Of a stretch of 64,000 nucleotides of DNA, positions 59,015 through 64,000 are shown piece by piece; positions within the stretch are counted from its first letter, which is position 1; the number at the start of each line of letters is the position of its first letter. The stretch is from contig OZ316897.1 in assembly GCA_973895155.1 (NCBI GenBank), forward strand, positions 13,391,375 through 13,455,374. The letters are read 5' to 3'. This DNA is from Marsupella aquatica (Eukaryota > Plantae > Marchantiophyta). The notes beneath the pieces were generated by a model, which was given only the letters and a program-made list of their open reading frames with translations, did no database searches and was not told the origin of the DNA. Position numbers and translations under genes: made by a program.

Positions 59015-62000
59015 CCCCGATCTTCTATAGTCATCACATCTCTACTAGATTATATACCACTCTTTTTTCTACAGAAGACACACATTAGGGTGACCCTTTG
59101 GGTGGGCCTCTTTTTACCATTGCCCATTTAACAGTTTTACGGGACGCCACCGTGGCCCACCCCCAGTGTATCTTCCCCTCCCTTCCAGATGACACTCACA
59201 TCATTGGTCCCCCAGTCACGGTTATTTTTGCTCTCACCACTCTTTCCACCCATTTGATGGACCTCGGTTTACGGGTTCAGCTTGTGAAGAGTCATGCATG
59301 GAGTCCAGCTAGGGTACCCTCTGATCTTGCGCTTCCCCCTGGGTTCTTGCGTCCAGCCGACGGTCTTTGGGTCCTTGGCTCCCCAGTCGATACCGCCTCC
59401 TTTTGCCATCTTTCATTGTTGACGCTCTACAGGCTGCCTTAGCCCCTACTCCTATGCTCCCTAAGTTAGCAGATTCTCAGGCAACATTTGGGATGTTGTT
59501 GAGGTGCATCCACCCTCGTGCGTCTTATTTGGCTAGGACGCATCCCCCAACCAAGGATCTTTGTCTCCACCTTCGAGCGTTTGATGTCTCCATTCGTGAG
59601 ACTTTGGCCTCTCTTTTAGGGTCGGGTACATTGCTCTCATCTCAGTGGCTTCATCAACAGCTCAGTCTTCCTATTTCTCAGGGAGGGTTTGGGCTTACTT
59701 CCATTGAGCGTCTTGCACCTTTGGCCTTTTTGGGCGCGTGGGCGACCGCCTTCTCATTGTTGGCAGATTGTTTCCTTATTGAGGATCGACCTTTTTTACT
59801 TTCGTCTCTCATGGAGGTAGGGGACGGTTCCCTCCCATTTCAGGTTCATTTGCGCGCAGCGCGGAGTGGTGGACCTTGCCACCCGGCGCCCTCACCGATG
59901 TTGGCACCCACGCCTAAGTGCCCCTGGAGCCCGAACACCTCCACGGAATCCCTCTAGCAAGCAATCTAGTGCCCCTTGCACCACTAGCGGCCCCTCCCAT
60001 ACGAAGTCGCACTTGCTCTCCCACACGACCGCTACTCAACGGTCCTCATTGTCTACACAAGCAACCAAGCGCCTCGGTAAGTAACCCTTCTAGATCTAGA
60101 TCTCCCAAGTCTAGCATCCTAACTCAAGCTCAATAGACATTGGTAAATAGGTCAGCGATAGGTCCTCCCAATGCCATAAGCTGGAACCAGAACCAATGCC
60201 CATTGTTTGTCCAGAAGAGCTCCTTCCTTGGGCGTCGCCTGGGTTTCCCCTCGTACCTATCCATCACAAACTGACCGCCCTGACCCCAGGACATGCTCAT
60301 GGCCCAAATAGCGTAGCTTGTCCCAAAGCTTGTTCCAAGACCCCGGGACCAGAACGGCCCCGACTCTAGCAACCAACTCCTAGTTCTTGCCCCACTGATG
60401 GTCTAGGGTCCAAGCACCCTTGGAACTCAACCTCCATGCCTACTTGGCCTTGCCTCCCCAACGCAAGCTCCCTTGGGAGGCTGAACGCGGCTTGGCTGCT
60501 ATTTTGGCAGGATTTGGCAAGCGCGCAAGGTAACACCCACAAACCTCGAGAACCCATGGCGCCTCTAGACCTAGCTGAGCTCAGGAGAACGTAGCTCTCC
60601 TTGAGAGCTTTCCAACGCACCCAAGAAGTCCCCCAACGGACTTCCCGTTGGGAAGATATCGTTGTTTCTTTTTGGCATTTTCCCTTAGTGTCGAGACCGC
60701 CGCGACTCACGACTTCGGCTCGCCCTTAGCCCCCAAGGAGACACCACTCTCTTCATATATGCTTCTGGAGACCTGCCACCCCTGGACCAGTTTTGGTCCT
60801 CAACTTTTTGGTCCCCAACCCGGACCATATCCTGCATGTCTGGGCACGCCACCAATTGGCAACGCCCATAACTTTCTCGTTAGGCGTCTACAAGCGGAGT
60901 GCCTTAGCCCGTTGTGATCAGGCCAACCCAGTGCTCATGCCTAGGCCCTCAGATCTCATCGCTGCTTGGGGCCCCCGATCGGCTCAACCTGGATCGGGCC
61001 ATAACTTGCGTCCCAAACGTCCGTTGCCCATGGCGTCAACTCCATTGGCCTTGGGCCCAAGAGGAGCTCTCACTCAAGCCCTCAGAACTCAAAGTCCGTC
61101 CGGGGGTCTGGACAGTTGACCTTGAGCCCGGCCCGTTTCCCCTTGACCCGACCAAGGCATCCTCACCAAGGCACTTGACAAGGACCGAGCTCGGATTCTT
61201 TCTTCTAGAGGGGGGCATAGGAGGTTGGCTTCAGGCCAATCCAGTCAGTCCTCATTTGTGGATGTCTTCAGTAGAGTTCTTGACAGCCATGCGTCTTCGT
61301 ATGGGGTTGCCCCACCCACTTCTTGCTGGTTTACCTCCTTCTTGCACTTGTGGGAAGCCTTGTAATGCCATAGGTGTCCATCTTCTTCAATGTAGTTAGG
61401 CGGCGAAACCGTTTTTGTTCACGATGTTGTGAGAGATGCAACTGCTCAGGTTCTCTTTGGCTCTTTGGTCATCATGCGGCGGGAGGTGGGGCTCGAGTTA
61501 CCTGGTCCTCCATCACAGTGGTTACGGGTCGATCTTACCATGGTCCGTGAGGGTCAATGTACTTTGGCAGACGTAGTAGTGGCCAACCCATTGCCCCAAG
61601 ACATCATTGGGATAGCGACAACAATGGCAGGGGCAGCAGCGTCACATGCGGCAATAGCAAAGGAGGCCAAATATGTTGCACGAGCTTCATCTGATAGCTT
61701 CCCCCCCTTGCTCTTGAGATTTTTGGGCGTCTTCATCACTAGTTTGACGTGCTTCTTAGACAAGTTTCCCGGGATGTTCATGGCCGGATGGGTCCCACCG
61801 GGCCCCCGCTATCTGTTTTGACCATGCACTTTAGCCAAAGCATTTTAGTCACCTTACAACGTGCTCAAGCTCGGGCCATCTATCGTCGGTCTTTGACAAT
61901 GGATGCTAGTGTGCCCCCGTAGCGGCTCGCTCCCCTAGAGGACGTTCCAATCCCACTTGCCAATTTAGTTTTGACACTTGATGTGGACCATTAGCTTTTT

Positions 62001-62245
62001 GCCACGTTTGCTAGGATTGATGAGGACCTCGGTCCGTTTGGGTTAGTATTAGTTCCTCTTTCTTGGTTTTTACGGGTTCCCTAGTGCTCACTTCTTAGTT
62101 TTAGTTTCTCTTTCTTGGTTTTTAGGGGTTCCCTTTTGCTCACTTCTTTTGCGTTTGGTTTTGTCCACTTGGACCCACTTTTGTTTATTCTTTTGTATTC
62201 TTTTTGATCCTTTTCTGTAAATAGTTTATATATTTTCAGTTAATA
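59015..62245 (+). mobile_element. 5'-truncated, degenerate CRE-like non-LTR retrotransposon with restriction-like endonuclease, interrupted by repeat copy 3
   Basis: RT remnants (*)GDPLGG, PDDTHIIG and QLSLPISQGGFGL. Then MRLRMGL, a CTCG...HLLQC zinc knuckle, HDVVRD, RVDL, ADVVV, KEAKY, VTLQRAQARAI and a T-rich 3' UTR. Confidence 0.8.
59865..61170 (+). repeat. Dispersed ~1.4-kb repeat family, copy 3, nested in the LINE
   Basis: Starts AGTGGTGGACCT right after the LINE codons for VHLRAAR. The LINE resumes near 61185. Confidence 0.8.
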
Positions 62246-62834
62246 ATTGAATGAGACTGAACATGGTTGCACCACCAATCTACGCACTTGAGAGGAAATA
62301 GTTCGGCAATTCAACAATGGTTCATGATTTATCGATATGTTAACTTGATAACTTTATTATTAGGCAAGCAATAACATTTCACAATTGCATATGATTTGCT
62401 CCCATTAATTCGTGCATTGCACTGGACACAGCTACAATGGTTACTCAACCGGAAAAAATAGCATGAGTCCCCCTTCTCATATCAGACGATGCCAATCCTT
62501 TACTTTGGACAGACAAAAGGATCTCCCCGTATTCCGCTCCACGAGTTTTTCTCCTCAACACGTGAACATTGGCATGCATACGACGGGAGGAGACATACAA
62601 TACACCGCCTTGGCAGCCCAACATGATCTCTAACAGAAGCCCACCGGACTCAAGCTCATGGGATTCACAAGTTTCCAGGAGAAAAGGGAGAGAGGGGAGT
62701 AATTTGGGTACTGAGGGGGGCTTTGCAAGAATTGGAGGAAAGAAAATGAGAAGTCCCTTGTGTCTTACCAATAACACATCCATTAGGGCATCTCAAAGCC
62801 CCGGCTCAAAGCCCGGTGTTAACATGTTACAGGT

Positions 62835-63064
62835 CGGCCCAAGAGGAGCTCTTACTCAAACCCTCAGAATTCAAAGCACGTCTGGGGGTCCAAAATGGTC
62901 CACCTTGAGCTCGGCCCTTGACCCGACTAGCTCCCAAAGCTAGTCTAAGTCCTCGGTATGCATTATCAGCTTAGCGCATTGTCTTTGCTAGTGCAACTCT
63001 TCATTGCTCCATAATCTCCTCATACTTAGTCCCCATTGGATGGCTGTTCAAGAGGCTTGGACCA
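62835..63064 (+). repeat. Dispersed repeat family, copy 4 (3' fragment)
   Basis: Matches 61055-61150 and the reverse complement of 51776-52010. Confidence 0.75.
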
Positions 63065-63074
63065 TAGAGGAGCT

Positions 63075-63700
63075 CATGCGTCAGAGTTAATGACGCTGCT
63101 AAGTGTTAGGGTAGTTGAGTTTTGTGACTCAATTGAACTTTGAATTTTTCTCTGCATCCTTGTCGCCATACATGAGGCTGATCGAATCCTCCACCCCACA
63201 ATCCCCTTTGACCAGCGGATTGACATTGGGGTGCCCACCAAAAATGGCATGCATCCTCTCAAAATGGGGACACAGCTTGTTCAACTTGGCTTCCAAAATG
63301 ACTCCAGCCATTAACTCATCTTTTTTTATGCCACCTCCAGACTGCATTTTAACTTCTTGAGCTTCCTTGTATCTCTTGACATAAATGGTCCTTCTCAAGC
63401 TTCCTTGTATCTCTTGGTCAAATTTAACTTCTTGAGCTTCCTTGTACTGCTTGGTCAAATTTGGAGCAGTGATGTCCTTCAAAAAACCATGGTGCTGAAT
63501 GGCAGCAAGCATTGATTTGAAAACAATTGCTTTGCTCCCGGCTTTGCTTTGGTACTTCCCACCAGCTTGGTCTTTCTGCCTCCTTCATTGATAGCTTGGA
63601 AATTCTTAGGAATATCCAGGTACGATACTATCTTCTTGTAGTCAGCATCTTTGAGGCAAGATTTGTCTGTAACCGCTTGTGTTTCTGAGAACACATTTCA
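63075..63700 (-). pseudogene. Degenerate Myb/SANT-like protein resembling the accessory ORF of PIF/Harbinger DNA transposons
   Basis: Frameshifted peptides IVSYLDIPKNF and KMQSGGGI...LEAKLNKLCPHFERMHAIFGGHPNVNP, with an internal duplication of YKEAQEVK. No transposase seen. Confidence 0.45.
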
Positions 63701-64000
63701 TGGGGGCTGAAATCCTGCTCGAGGCCTCACATGTTGCATGCTACCACTAGAAGCCATGACACATACAAGAAGAGCTGTTTTCGGGAGGAAGTGGAGTAGG
63801 ATGACCAAAAAGTTGCCTACAGTCACGCTCTAAGAGACCTAGGGAGCTCTCTAAATCTGCTCCCACCAAATGAATCAATCTTACCAGAGGCGTGCATGCG
63901 TCTTTGCATATATACACGCATCAGAACTATGTTTGAAGGATCCATGAGGCTTGTTGATGTGTGATTAACCTCAATCAAAGGAAGCTTGCATTTACAAGTT

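Overview
Eukaryotic land-plant nuclear DNA. The intron-rich genes and repeat content suggest a bryophyte, probably a liverwort (inference). It holds six host genes: an alpha/beta-hydrolase lipase, a DEAD-box helicase of the RH47/ISE1 type, a GHSKG esterase, an mTERF, cinnamate 4-hydroxylase (CYP73A) and beta-ureidopropionase. Degraded repeats lie between them (a CRE-like RLE LINE, two solo LTRs, a 1.4-kb dispersed repeat and several tandem duplications). The standout is a complete ~10-kb Ty3/Gypsy retrotransposon (2911-12905, minus strand, TG...CA ends, 4-bp TSD TCTT). (1) It carries a DNMT3-like C5-cytosine methyltransferase between protease and RT. (2) Its integrase ends in a PHD finger. (3) It has a Tf1-style self-priming site instead of a tRNA PBS. 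(4) It has split direct repeats (X1...Y1-gt-X2-Y2) instead of two ordinary LTRs. That layout is what a 2-LTR circle would give if opened and integrated at an internal CA-gt-TG att junction, which suggests a DDE-integrase retroelement using a circular intermediate. The mechanism is inferred from one slightly decayed copy. All coordinates and counts were read by eye.
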